Positions 1-11,969 of a DNA stretch of 64,000 nucleotides are shown one piece after another. The DNA comes from Azolla caroliniana. Lineage: Eukaryota; Plantae; Polypodiophyta. The DNA lies in the NCBI GenBank assembly GCA_043228905.1, contig JBHGNT010000001.1, positions 24,800,001-24,864,000 of the forward strand, read 5' to 3'. Each line of letters begins with the position of its first letter. Within the stretch, counting starts at the first letter, position 1. The position numbers and the translations under genes were made by a program. The notes under the pieces were generated by a model that was not told the DNA's origin, ran no database searches, and worked only from the letters and a program-made list of their open reading frames with translations.

Positions 1-34
1 TCAACTTCATTTTAGAGAAGAGATAGACACTCAC

Positions 35-212
35 TGCACATAATGTGCTAGCAGATTTGTACGATGATATGCCAAAGTCAAGTTGTAATCCAAGAATGTC
101 ATGGCTTTATCAGCTCCAACAGGACGCCATTTCCTTACTCGTGAAGAAGCTTGTTTCAGAGAGCACACAAGAGACACATACATGTTTCTATTAAGAGAAT
201 CACCCACAAATC
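35..212 (-). CDS. TBL gene exon 2 (gene continues beyond window start)
   Basis: TTTGCAG acceptor at 213-219. In phase with exon 1 it reads (G)FVGDSLNRNMYVSLVCSLKQASSRVRKWRPVGADKAMTFLDYNLTLAYHRTNLLAHY, including the GDS motif. GTGAGT donor at 29-34. Confidence 0.9.
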
Positions 213-1265
213 CTGCAAAGTTTGCAAACTAAACAAATGTAAACGATTAAAGAAATTACTAACACTATCAAACCAAAAATCCTTAAAAGAGGATAAATAA
301 ATGCTGAACTCAATATATATGTATGTATGTGGGTACATATATATATATATATACCAACATAACTTGATTTCCCACATTTTCCGGAATGATCTGTCCTTAG
401 TACCTACACATCTTCATTCTTTTGACAAACCTACACACTTCCTTCACCCCATCCTATTGACCCTTCCATATTGAGCCAAGTGATTCACGAGGAATTTCAA
501 GCCTTTTATTCTTTGGGGGTTAGATTAAAAACATATTTTCTGTTTGTTTACTTTGTTTGACGAACATAAGAAGTTGTAATCATTACCAGGTCTCATGGAC
601 CATTATGGTCTTTCAGAAAAGTGAATTAATGTACTTCTCTAGTCATGAGGTTGTCACAAATGATATGTAGAAAAGCATCCAACCCACACAAGATCATCTA
701 AGCTGAATTGGTGGCACTCCACATGATGGTAGTAACATTATTCTGGACAGTGAATCTTGTCAACTGGATTCAAGTCAAGCCACCGCAAATAATTACATGT
801 AAGGCGTTTGATGCATCAAAGCAAATGATGATAACCAAACATGCAAAATGATCATAGTACCCACAGGTGATTAAGTGGTTCAATCACAACAGCCTCGACA
901 TCAATAGCTTGCATTATGGGCATAACTTTAAAAACTAGCTCTAAAGCTAATATTAATGGTTTAAGTGTAGGATAGCTATGAGACCAATTATCCAAGGACT
1001 GCAGACAAATCTATAAGGAGCGATGACATGTGGGAAGATGTGGTTGGTTGGGAGTGTGTTGGGATATATAAGGGGATTCCATACTCATTCAACCACATGC
1101 ATTCAAATAACAATCATGGAGTTCAAGAAAACCTAGAGCTTTTATTTTTGTTTTAGTATGGAGGACATAATTCGACCATATTTGTAATCATGATTTATCT
1201 CATACGCAAATTTTGGCCTCTAGTAGACGTTAATATATCGTGTTCTCTCTCTCTCTCTCTCTCTC

Positions 1266-1417
1266 CAAGCAAGGATGTAGACTCTCCATTGAACACTTGT
1301 GGTTAAAATCCTCCAGCACTGGTAGTCACCAATCAGCTACACACAAACATGAAAAATGCTTCCTTTGGTGTCATAGGTCATATTTAACCTCGAAGGACAA
1401 TAAAAAAATCTATCTAC
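1266..1417 (+). mobile_element. Diverged 3' end of RTEX-like LINE in TBL intron 1
   Basis: tcataggtcatatttaacctc...aatctatcta matches the 3' hairpin and tail at 7994-8050 and 20010-20068; preceded by (TC)n at 1243-1265. Confidence 0.6.
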
Positions 1418-1733
1418 TGATCATATGCACAGCATTCAATGGTCGCATACAGAATATAGGAAAATATTTCTTTTGGATCGATAGGACAGTTCATATTTGC
1501 TTGAAAAGGAAAATTTACCTTATATGAGTCATTCATATTTAAGCAAACACACTATATGAAAAATGTTTCCTCAGTCAGCAATCTTATTTTAAGCTCTAAA
1601 GACGAATAAATAAAGGATGTATGCATATATGTGTGTGTGTGTGTGTGTACATAGATGTACATACGTGAATGAATGCAAGTTTTTTTGTTGTATGTATCAA
1701 TGGTACATGTAGAATCATTCATACAATGCTTAC

Positions 1734-2433
1734 CAATCCGTTTGTTCTGGAAACGTTCCAAGAAAACAGTTGCATTCAATGGTGGCAAATTGCAATCCTG
1801 GGGCTGCCACCGCCAAGTGAGGATATCCTTAGCATTAGATTTGTTATTGCGCAAGCAATTCCATCCTTTAAAGATATCCCTACAGCTCTCATTATAAGCT
1901 TCCCTCCTTTTCTTGTCAAGAACCCATTTTCCGAAGCTTACATCACATTGTGCATTCACATGAGACCTCTCCATTGTCATTTCAGCACTAAATTTCTTCC
2001 ATTCTGCGTCTTCATTTGTACCACTACCTTTCAATTTTGCATCTATATTTATATCACTGTTCATCCATTTTGCATTTTCATCATTATTCCTTTCCTTCCA
2101 TTTTGCATCTTCACTTAAACCACTTTGCTTCCTTTGTGGATCTTCATTTATATCCCTTTCTTTCCATTTATCATCTTCATTACCATCACTTTTCTTCTGT
2201 TTTGCGTCTTGGCGTATACTACTTTTCTTCCATTCTCCATCTTCACTTACACCACTCTTCTTCCACTTTGCATCATCATAGATGGAGGCGTGGTTTGTCG
2301 TTCTCGAGATAGAGTGCTCCCACAGAAAGCCGAAGAACCAAAGGGCGAGAAATGAGATGCAGAGGGGAGGCAGAACACCAGTGAGTGCAGATAAGACGGG
2401 AGATTTCTTGTGATTATGATCTTTAGTAGCCAT
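1734..2433 (-). CDS. TBL (trichome birefringence-like, TBL12/13-type) polysaccharide O-acetyltransferase, exon 1
   Basis: N-terminal TM segment (LPPLCISFLALWFFGFLW), then PMR5N domain CDVSFGKWV...SCRDIFKGWNCLRNNK...WRWQPQDCNLP...FLERFQNKRIG. GTAAG donor immediately below 1734; the ORF-track tail after RIG is intron read-through. Confidence 0.9.
1978..2274 (-). repeat. 33-bp / 11-aa coding tandem repeat (~9 units, DAKWKKSGxxE-like) in the TBL stem region
   Basis: DAKWKKSGVSE DGEWKKSSIRQ DAKQKKSDGNE DDKWKERDINE DPQRKQSGLSE DAKWKERNNDE NAKWMNSDINI DAKLKGSGTNE DAEWKKFSAEM. Confidence 0.85.
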
Positions 2434-3161
2434 GGATACTTCTTCTATTACTAGACCTCAGAACTTGAGCTCCATATTCATATCAATGCACAGATGTATG
2501 TATGTATATGTATGCCCATCGACTCTGTTTCTCTGAAAATGTTTTGAGAAGAGATACTTTGTCGGTGATCTCTCATTTGTTTGTTTTGGGATAAAAAATC
2601 ATCTTAAAACATAAAACTTAACACTTCAAAAAATACACAAACTTGGACCTAACAAGAAAGCATCAACTTTAAACATAAAACTTAGAACTTAAAACATGAA
2701 TCAGGATTGAGTGCTATCCAGATGATTAAAACGAAGGTTTAGGGTTTATAGTGAATAAAACTTTGTGATTAAAACAAGCAGTATTGATTAAAACTCTATG
2801 AAGATTTGAGATGATTTGAGACTAATTCCCTACACTCAAATACACGTTAATATGACTGTTATTTTTGTTGTTTAATCATTTTAGGTTGGTAGCTGGCGGT
2901 TGGGAGACCTGATAATTGGTTGGGTGACTTGATTAATAGGTTGAACAAAACTATATGCAATGAATCATAGACTTGAGATAAAAAACTCAAGACTAACAAC
3001 AACATTCTTTGAACCACTCACACTTGAGATCCAACAAGAACTTCAGATAACTTTTTCATTTTCTAAATCATGGACCATCATATCAAAAACTTGAGATCCA
3101 ACCACAACTTCAGTACTACTTGACATCAAAAACTTGAGATAAACAACAACATTGTTTGAAT

Positions 3162-3855
3162 CATAGATTGACATATTCGCATTCGTCAGGTTTCCCATTC
3201 GAATGCAAACGAATACGAATGGGTGGTCAAGTATTCGTTTAACTCAAAAAAATAAAAACTATGTCTTTTTTAATTTCCTAGGATAAAAAAAGGAACTTGA
3301 CAATAAATAGGGATAATAAAAGAGGGACTTGGGGATTTGACACTACTAAATTTTTATAATAAATGTATAACTTATAATTTATAAGTATGTATTCGTTTTA
3401 TTTTTAATAAATAAATAAAATAAAATAAAGGCTCATTATTTTCTCACTTTTTATTCCCTCAAAATTTATGGATATTTTTATTTTGACATTAAAAATAGTA
3501 CTTCAAACTAATCATATATTTAGAGTTCATACTAATCATATTTGTAAGTATAACTAAATTTTTATAATAAATGTATAACTTATAAGTTATAAGTATTCGT
3601 TTTTAAAAAATAAATAAATAAATTGATTAATTAAAATAAGTTTCATAAACTCTCTTGACACTACATATAATCTATTAATGAATAATTCTTCTTTTTTTGG
3701 TGAAATAAATTTATTTAAATAAATAAATAAATATTATATATTTTTTTTGCAAAACGAATGGGTTTTTAATATTCTTGGGGCCATTTCATATTCTCGAATA
3801 TTCAGAATATTGCACATGGAGAATATCACGAATATCACGCATGTGTCAATCTATG
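3162..3855. mobile_element. hAT-type MITE (694 bp)
   Basis: 12-bp TIR CATAGATTGACA...TGTCAATCTATG; exact 8-bp TSD GTTTGAAT at 3154-3161 and 3856-3863; AT-rich interior with subterminal ATTCG/CGAAT motifs. Confidence 0.9.
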
Positions 3856-4126
3856 GTTTGAATCAATCATTTTTTGAACCAACACTTGAGATCCAACACT
3901 TGAATTGAAAATGGGTAGATATTCCATTAATAAGGCTATTTGATTTACAATGTATGGCATTTTTGCCATATAGAAATCTGCTATATACAAAAATATAAGG
4001 CCATATTCACAAAATCTGCCCACCATGTGTAGTTGGAAATCCTAGTACCCTTCGTGCCCACCCTATGACCTGAATCCGAAGGAAATCCATGTCATATTTG
4101 GTGAACCACATCTCTGTGCCCTATCA

Positions 4127-4865
4127 CTAAATACATATACGAGCACAATTTACAAAATCCACATGAGACATCCATTTGCAATCACAATTACAAAACTCTA
4201 GAGATATCCATCCAAGAATAAACTCCTCGACCAACATTTGTATAGTCTTCATCATGTGAAAGCCACAATCCCAACCATTTGGCTGAGTTCGGATGTGCAT
4301 TACGTGATGTCGACCCTCCAACACGATCTCATGGTCTTTTGGTGCACTATAAATTGTCTGAATCACGATATCTGCAAGACTACGCCTCGTTATTTAGTGG
4401 ATCGCGGAAGACTACTATGCTACTTAGCTTAGAAACTCAACGAAGATACATGCACAAGCCTTGTTACCTCGTGCATCTTGCCCAACCCTATACAACAAGT
4501 TTGGGACTTCACAATCTAGTGTTGAGAGTATGCGCTAGATTTGTCAGACCATATTTACAAGAAGATCGAGATAATACAATGAACTACATCCACATACCAT
4601 TTGGAGGAGCATCTTCCTCGAATGATGCCATGACCTATATTGGGTCAAATAAAAAACGCAATATTGCTTGGTTCAACCTTTCTCCACCCTCAAACATGTT
4701 GAACGAAAACCTTGGAAACAAATCATCGGTAACCATACATGCATCACTAGTCAATAATACCACTAGCAATCAAAATTTATTCGTGACATACCTCCCTTCA
4801 CTTGGATATATGTCACCGTTATCGCAATCAAACCACTCTTTGTACTTGGACCTGGCAGCCATCTA
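4127..4865 (-). pseudogene. Degenerate Ulp1/SENP-like (C48) peptidase fragment, probably DNA-transposon borne
   Basis: QPNGWDCGFHMMK resembles the Ulp1 Q-x-N-x-x-D-C-G catalytic Cys motif; upstream frames contain stops; flanked by tandem-repeat tracts. Confidence 0.5.
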
Positions 4866-4869
4866 CACG

Positions 4870-5240
4870 ATCAAGCAAAAGCAAAAATCTAAAATCAAGT
4901 AAAACCTAAACCCTAAATCAAGCAAAAGAAATAATAAAAAATCAAGCAAAACCCTAAACCATAAATAAAACATTTTCTGAAATCAGTAATCAAGCACACC
5001 CAATATTATCTTTAATCAAGCAAAAGAAAAAATCTAAAATCAAGAAAAAGCTAAACCTAAATCAAGCATAATAAACAATAAAAAATAAAACATTTCCTGA
5101 AATCAATAATCAAGCACACACAATATTATCTTTAATCAAGCAAAAGCAAAAATCTAAAATCAAGCAAAAGAAATCAACCACACCCTGCAAAAATCTAAAA
5201 TTAAGCAAAAGCTAAACCCTAAATCAAACAAAAGAAATCA
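4870..5240. repeat. Degenerate tandem repeats (aaatcaagcaaaag / aaaccctaa units, ~120-bp higher-order duplication)
   Basis: Repeated aatcaagcaaaag; block ctgaaatca..caatattatctttaatcaagc at ~4977 and ~5097. Confidence 0.75.
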
Positions 5241-5908
5241 GGCATACCCTGTCCCATTTTGGAACCATTTTCATGAAAAATATGATTTACACCAAAAACA
5301 AATTGCGGAAAAAGTAGAAAAAAATAAAATACATAGGTCCTGGGAATTAAGTAGGTGGCGATGACAGATGTGGCGAATGTACGTAGTCGACAGTTGTTTG
5401 GCTGAAAACCTTTTTCCTGGCAAAAAACCCTGACAATCTCGTTTAAAAATGTGTCAAGAAAATGACAAGTTTCAGGGTTTAATACAATAGGTTGGGCGGC
5501 CACATTAGATAGGTTGTGTGACCACACGTGGGTTGGGTGCCTTGCTTTGTTAGTTGGGTGACCAAACTTGGTTGGGAGAAGACACGCAGTTGGGTGACCA
5601 CATTAGGTAATTGGGAGACTGAAGTGTTAGAGTTGGGCGACCTTTGACAACTTTTTTATTCGCACGCGCCCTCAGATGAGTGACCTGCACCGTCCAAGGC
5701 CGCGATTCCCTCACCAGACCTATTTATGATTTGGTTGTGGATAGACACATCGGGGACCAGGCCGGAGTTGTCCTCATGTTGCCATCCATTGGCCATGGTT
5801 CCTTCTAGAAATTGAATGTGGGTCAAGAGTGTAGCCTCCAAAAGCATTGAACCTTCAACCACAGCCAAACACAACAGAACCACTTACCAGACTGGGTTAT
5901 GGGCTCGA

Positions 5909-7094
5909 TGTCATAGACATGTATATGAAGTTAATAGTGGGAGGTAGTGTTATACATAGGATTGTATGTAAATGAGTGTATAATTTGTGATGGTACATGG
6001 ATGGATAAGTGTAAAGTCTTCATATGAAAAGTCATGTTGTAAGTGTATCTGCAAGTGTGCACAAAAGTGAGTGACAGTATATGGATATGTGTAAACACAT
6101 GCATATTTGTGTGCATGTGTGCAAATATAAAAGAGTGAATGTAAAGTGGGTGTAGGTTGTTAGAAGGGTATCTAACTACCCTACATGTCTCATTGTATTG
6201 TCTTGAATTATAACCCTTATGTACTCCGTATATAACCCCATCCATGGGGCATGAATGAGAATAGAAGAAGTTCCTTTCTAAATTGCTTTGTGTCTCTCCA
6301 TCAACAATTGGCTCCTTCCCCTACTTCGCCATGTGATGCTTGTGTAACCCTAATTCTCTGCATTTGTCTTTCTTCTCCTTGCTCAGCTCCTTCCACTTGT
6401 CTCGACCAAGAATGTTCCCCCTCCCTCCTCTCTATTCCATCATCAAGCACTCGAAGCCTGTGTGCTCCCAATCAAAGGCTCACTAGTGTTTGTGTTGGTG
6501 TGTCAAGACCTCGAAGCTCTGTTAGCGGCCGAGTCCGGTTGTATCTCTCTCTGTTATAAGTTAATCGATTATCTTTGTCGGATCTGGATTTCTCTATGTT
6601 GCTGTGATTCTCTCTACTTCTATTCACATTCTCGTCTTCACTTCCTTTCACTTGCGTGCATGCCCAAGTCCCCGAGCCCGTGTGCTCACCATTCGGAATG
6701 CGGTAACAGGTCCGGAGCAGATTGCATGCGTGGGCCCATGTGCCTATGAAGATATCTGGTAGCCGAACCAGATAATCCCTTTCTCCCTCTCTCTGGCTCC
6801 TTGGTACAAGTCCCCAGTGGACCCGCCCCGTTCTAACACATACCCGTGGAGAACTACAACATCTTTGGTGAACCCGACGGGAAAAGGGCGGCAAAGGAGT
6901 CAAGATGCAGGGAAGCGAGCTCGTGGAAGCAATGGCGGTGGTTGTCGACTGCCTGGTGAATGCTCGAGAGAGAGTGAGTGGCCTCGACAGGGCCATAGAA
7001 ACGATAGTCGGCACGTTGGCCTGATTCAACGATAAAGACATCTCCACCTACTTGGAGGTCTATAAGGCTGAAATGTTAATGCGAGACATCCTGG
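5909..7094 (+). mobile_element. tRNA-Trp-primed gypsy-like element, 5' fragment (LTR 5909-6861, PBS 6866-6883, gag start)
   Basis: TGTCAT...ACAACA, then TGGTGAACCCGACGGGAA; gag-like FNDKDISTYLEVYKAEMLMRDI; left flank TCGA. Confidence 0.7.
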
Positions 7095-8290
7095 TGTAGT
7101 GAGGATTTTTGGGAACGGTGAGAAAACCGGGTGGAACGGGCAAAGTCGGCAATGTGCAACATGCGCATTGACATTAGGAAGTGTACATAAAAATAAAGAG
7201 AAAAGGGAAGGGTGCTAAAATGCATGAGAGTTAGTGAGGAATAAGTGTCATGTGTACATTAGTGCACTTGCATACGTAGTGGGGGTGTGAAAGTGAGGGC
7301 GTTTAATGTACCTCTCTGGAAATCAAGCCAAATATCTCTTCTAAAAAAGAGGAATATTTGATTGACTTTGTAACATACCTCCCTCCTTGGGTTATAAAAG
7401 GGGGAGGGAGTCTCTTGTTTTGGGGGTCCCCGTTTTAAGTTTTTCCTGTTTTTGTTTGTTAGGGATTGGGGTTCCATTTTTTGTGTCTAGGGTTAGTTTT
7501 GCTCGAGCTCGTATGCTCTGAGGATTTGGATTTTCTGTTCTATCTTCTGCACAAGGACTCCATTCAGTGCAGCGAGCCCGAGAGCTCGCCTACTAGAGAC
7601 TTGCCGACAGAAGGTCGTTGTAATCTGATCTGCTCGGTCTCGCTTGAAGTCGGAGATGTATTCTGCTGCCCCTATACATATATATATATAAAAGGTTGTG
7701 CGTAATTGTGTCTCGATCAGTGTCAGTTGTGTTTCTTTCTTTTCTTGTTTTCTATATACAAGGAGTGTGTGTCGAGTAAGAGCGCTACACACGTGTTCTC
7801 TCTCTCTCTCACACACACACACACACTGCGACCATGCTTTCCACATCTCTTCAACCAAGCCCAATCCTTGCATGAACTCGTCTCACAACCACAATGTGCA
7901 CACTCGATTGCAACATTCATTGGTAAAGTTCTTGAACATCGAGAGTCACTGCTCACTTTCACACATATCACATGAAATGTAATATTTTTGGTCTCATAGG
8001 TCATATTTGACCTCTGAAGACGATAATATAATCTATCTATCTATCTATATCTCTCTCTCGTTCAGTTGCCTCTAGTGTGTATCCGGAAACGCTCTAGTCA
8101 GTATTTCAACCGATGTAACCAATACTGGTGAAGCTCGGTCTTTCCTCCTCTGTCTCTCTCTGGTCCAAGACCCTGGTGGTCCCGCCCCTGATCCTACACG
8201 ACATCTTTGGTGAACCTAATGTGAAAGGGTGGTAAGGGAGGATGGAGATGGAAGACGATGACTTCGTGGAGATAATGGCGAAGGTAGTGT
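7095..8290 (+). mobile_element. Second tRNA-Trp-primed element nested in the gag of the first (LTR 7095-8203, PBS 8208-8225, gag start)
   Basis: TGTAGTGAGG...CACGACA; degenerate PBS TGGTGAACCTAATGTGAA; MEMEDDDFVEIMAKVVL matches MESEDDDLVVMVAEVVL of the 27569-33316 element; shares the U5 motif tccaagaccc..gtggtcccgcc. Confidence 0.75.
7827..8050 (+). mobile_element. 5'-truncated RTEX-like LINE inside an LTR (TC)n tract
   Basis: Near-identical to the reverse complement of 20010-20230 (PCFPHLF..SIATFIGKVLEHRE); AGGTCA-tatt-TGACCT hairpin; (ATCT)n tail; (TC)n on both sides. Confidence 0.85.
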
Positions 8291-8828
8291 TGTCATATGT
8301 TCAGATATATGCACAGAAGTATGTGTATGAGGACGTATCTTTCTATGCACAACAAACAACACAAATATGTAGTGATAAGAAGAAGAAGGTAGACGTAGTA
8401 AGCATAGTTAGATCTTCAATGGAAGTTCTCTATTTCTATGTAACTCTCTCTCTACAAGAGTCAAGATTGATCATCATCTTTGTTACAATGTTAGGTTAGA
8501 GTTTATATACTCAAGCCCTAACTATTTGGACATGTTCACACTTGTATGGATACAAAGTGGAAGGAGTCGGCCTTTTATGCCAACAAACTCCCCCATAAAA
8601 GGACTACTCTTTCTTATGTATACAAATGATTGGGGTTATCTCCCATGTAAACCTAGATTACAAGTCTAATCTATAGGTACAGATATACAAGCTAGGTTGT
8701 CGACATGTAACCGAAGTTGTAGAGGTAGAGTCGGTTTTCAGCCTAACTCGGCTCATTGTCCGAATCAGGGTCAGCTTGTCGAAATCGGTCGGATCGACTA
8801 TATAGGTCGTGTTAGAGCTATATCCTAA

Positions 8829-10955
8829 TGTAAGCATGAGATAAGGATATAAAAGATACATAGATAAGAGAGGTTAGAGAGAAAGAAGGGCGCCAATCCA
8901 CCCGACCACCCCCGAGCGAAGGGATCGAGATGGACTCGAGTCTCGATCAATGTCCCATACCACCGGGGTGGCATCGAGTCGTACCTGGTACTGGCACGCT
9001 TCTTACAAGAGCTGATCCACCACAAGGACAAAGTCTCGACATAGTCAAGAGATGATAAATGAGGGTAGCTAGGCCTCATATTTATAGCCAGACCTAAGGC
9101 CCCCAGGCATGTTCACATGGCCTAATGGGTTGTGTCAATCCCAAGGATTAAAAGTAATCCTTCCCTTCTTTACACTCTTGTTTAACCCTCACACTTTATC
9201 CACATGTATAGAATACTACGGTAAAACTTACCACGTGATATTATATGGTCATAGCCATAACATACTCCCCCTCTTTAAAACATTGCACTCTTGCAATGGA
9301 AAATTAGGGAAGTTAGTTCTAAGAGTAGTTTCGCATTCCCATGTGGCATCTTTGATAGACTTATACATCCATTTAATTTTAAATTCTCGTTTTAACATCA
9401 AGAATTATTTCTAGTACATGTGGTTTAGAAGATAATTCGTCAAAAGTAACCAGAGTTTTAGTTATGACTGTATTGTCACAAGAACCAAGACGTTCTTTTA
9501 AACGACTTACATGAAAAACTGGATGGATTTCAACGCCATCAGGCAGAGCGAGACGATAAGTTGATGAACCAATGCGTTTGAGGACTGTAAAAGGTCCAAT
9601 AAACCGTGGGGCTAACTTAATGCACTTACCCATAGACAATGTCTTAGAATTGTGAGGTACACGTAAAAATACCTTTTGTCCAAGGTTGAATACACGAGGT
9701 TGCCAATTATGATCGGCATAAAAACGCGCTCTATCTTGAGTTGTTTTTATATTATCTCGTGCAATATGCAACATATCTTGCATATCCCAAAGAAATTTTT
9801 GCGTACTTCGCAACTCATCATGATGTATATTAACATCAATCAGGGCTCATGGCTGAAAGCCATACATTAACATAAAAGGACTATATCCCGTGGACGTATG
9901 TTGAAGTTGTAATAAGAAAACTCCGAATTTGGGAGATAACGTTCCCATTTTGTTGGTTTTGCACCAACGTACGCTCGAAACATGTCCTCAATAATTTGAT
10001 TTACTCATTCTGTCTCTCCATCTGTTTGAGGATGATCCGTGGAGCTCATGCTCAATGTGGTTTCTAACTTCTTAAAGACTTGTGTCCAAAAGTAGCTACT
10101 AAGCTTTGGATCTCGATCACTTGATACGATATCCATCGGTAACCCATAAAAATGAAATAACTCATCAACGAACTGGTAAGCCAATTTAGGAACTGCTATC
10201 GTGGTTTTAGTAGCAATAAATCTGGCCATTTTAGTTAGTCTATCAACCTCAAACCAGATGGCATCATAGCCTTTTTGGGTGCGAGGAAGGCTAACAATAA
10301 AATCCATGGATATACTTTCCCACTTATTGTTAGGAATTTCTAAGGGATGTAAAAGTCTAGTGGCTTTAAGTCGCTCGGCTTTGTTAACCTAACATTGGTG
10401 ACATTTAGTCACATAGCTATGTATGTCAGGACGCATCTTAGGCTAGTAAAATTGAATGGAGATGAGAATGAGTGTACGATGTATTCCACGGTGCCCTATT
10501 GAGGGTGCATCATGGCATTAAAAAAGAATTCTCTTTTTTACCTCAGGCAAATTTGGAACACAAACCTTCGCATTACGGTGGAGTAGATTGTTTGCAATGT
10601 GGAAGGATTCCTTCGAGGATGTGGTGATGTTTGTTCCAGACTCAACTCTTGCCCAATATTTTCCAAAATAACTGTCATCAGGATACTTTCCTCAAAGGTG
10701 ATCATAAAGATCTAATGTTATTTTAGAGAAGCTAAGAATGTTAACTTTACGGATGTGACTCAATGCATCAACGACAATTTTCATGGAACCTTTACGATAT
10801 CGTATGGAAAAATCAAAGTCCTGGATGAGATCTACCCATTGTGCCTTACAACCTTTAAGGTCTTGTTGGTCACAAAAATATGTCAAGAACTCGTGGTTCG
10901 TAGTTACCACAAAATGATTTCGATAAAGATAATGGCACCATGACTTTACCACATT
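8829..10955 (-). mobile_element. Degenerate Ty3/gypsy chromovirus 3' half (RNase H, integrase, chromodomain, PPT, probable 3' LTR 8829-9262)
   Basis: RH (WCHYL..FVVTTNHE..YRKG..VDALS); INT (MDFIVSLPRTQKGYDAIW..VDRLTKMARFI; HPQTDGETE); GPF domain (LAPRFIGPF..HPVFHVSRLK); chromo-like ATWE; PPT GAGGGGGAG at 9265-9273. Confidence 0.85.
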
Positions 10956-11290
10956 GTAAAGAATCGTGGTGATTCGATGCAACGGAATAGGTTAGAGATG
11001 TGTTGTGTGTGTGTGTGTTTGAGAAGAGGACAGGAGAGAGACACAAGATAGATAGAAAATGGGAAATAGAATACTCAAGAAATGTATATTACAAAGGAGA
11101 TTAACCGACCTATTACAAAGTAGGAGGAGGGTGCTTTTTATGTAGTCACCCTCTCTCTTCATTAACTTCCGAAGCTCATCGGTCATGGGGAATGTGGAAA
11201 CTCATTAGTTATGTCTCATAGAATATTGTTGACCGGGCAAGCTCAACCGGATCCGGATCGGTGGAATAAGCAGAGCCGGATCGGTATCCA

Positions 11291-11969
11291 TGTTACCCGG
11301 ACAAGTGGGGAAGCGTCGGAGTCGGAAATGTAGAAGGTCTCCTCGGAGTCGGAGTCGGATCGGTATAGAGGATCGATGAGTTAGCATTTTGCCGAATTAA
11401 ATTAAAACCGAAATTATAGTTAGTTATAGATTTTTGTAGTTCTTGCCATTTTTGGTAGTATGTTTTCTTGATGAGAAAGTCCTTCCGGTTGCCTATAAAA
11501 TGAACCAAAGGCAGTGTAAAGATCTATCGTTTTATTTAGTAATATAAAGTTTAGTTTAGGAAATTTCTGTGCACTAAGCGCTCTGTCAATCTATTCCTTT
11601 CTGTCAGAACTTTATTACGTAAATAACAATCTCGATGTATGTTTAACATTGATAAGTTTACAACCATTTAGTATCTATTTGTCTAACCACAATTCATTGA
11701 TAGAACGTTCGGTGAGCAACATTCAACTTATACTGTGTCGACAATATTGGTTTTCGACCGAACAACACAGGACTTTCTCATCAAGAAAACATACTGCCAA
11801 AAATGGCAAGAACTACAAAAATCTAAACTAACTATAATTTCAGTTTTAATTTAATTCGGCAAAATGCTGACTCATCGATCCTCTATACCAATCTGACTCT
11901 GACTCCGACTCCGACTTCGAGGAGACCTACATTTCCGACTCCGACGCTTCCCAACTTGTCCGGGTAACA
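11291..11969. mobile_element. Non-coding 679-bp element with ~190-bp TIRs, TGTTAC...GTAACA ends and 5-bp TSD
   Basis: 11291-11481 is the reverse complement of 11771-11969; TSD ATCCA/ATCCG; the sister LTR at ~18135 shows the empty site ggatcggtATCCGgacc. Confidence 0.85.

Noticed and set aside
4279-4902. 207-aa plus-strand ORF
   Set aside because: No recognisable motifs; antisense to the Ulp1-like relic.
8287-8820. Possible further Trp-group LTR starting TGTCAT after GTGT
   Set aside because: No matching terminus, PBS or TSD found, so it was excluded from the CpG tally.
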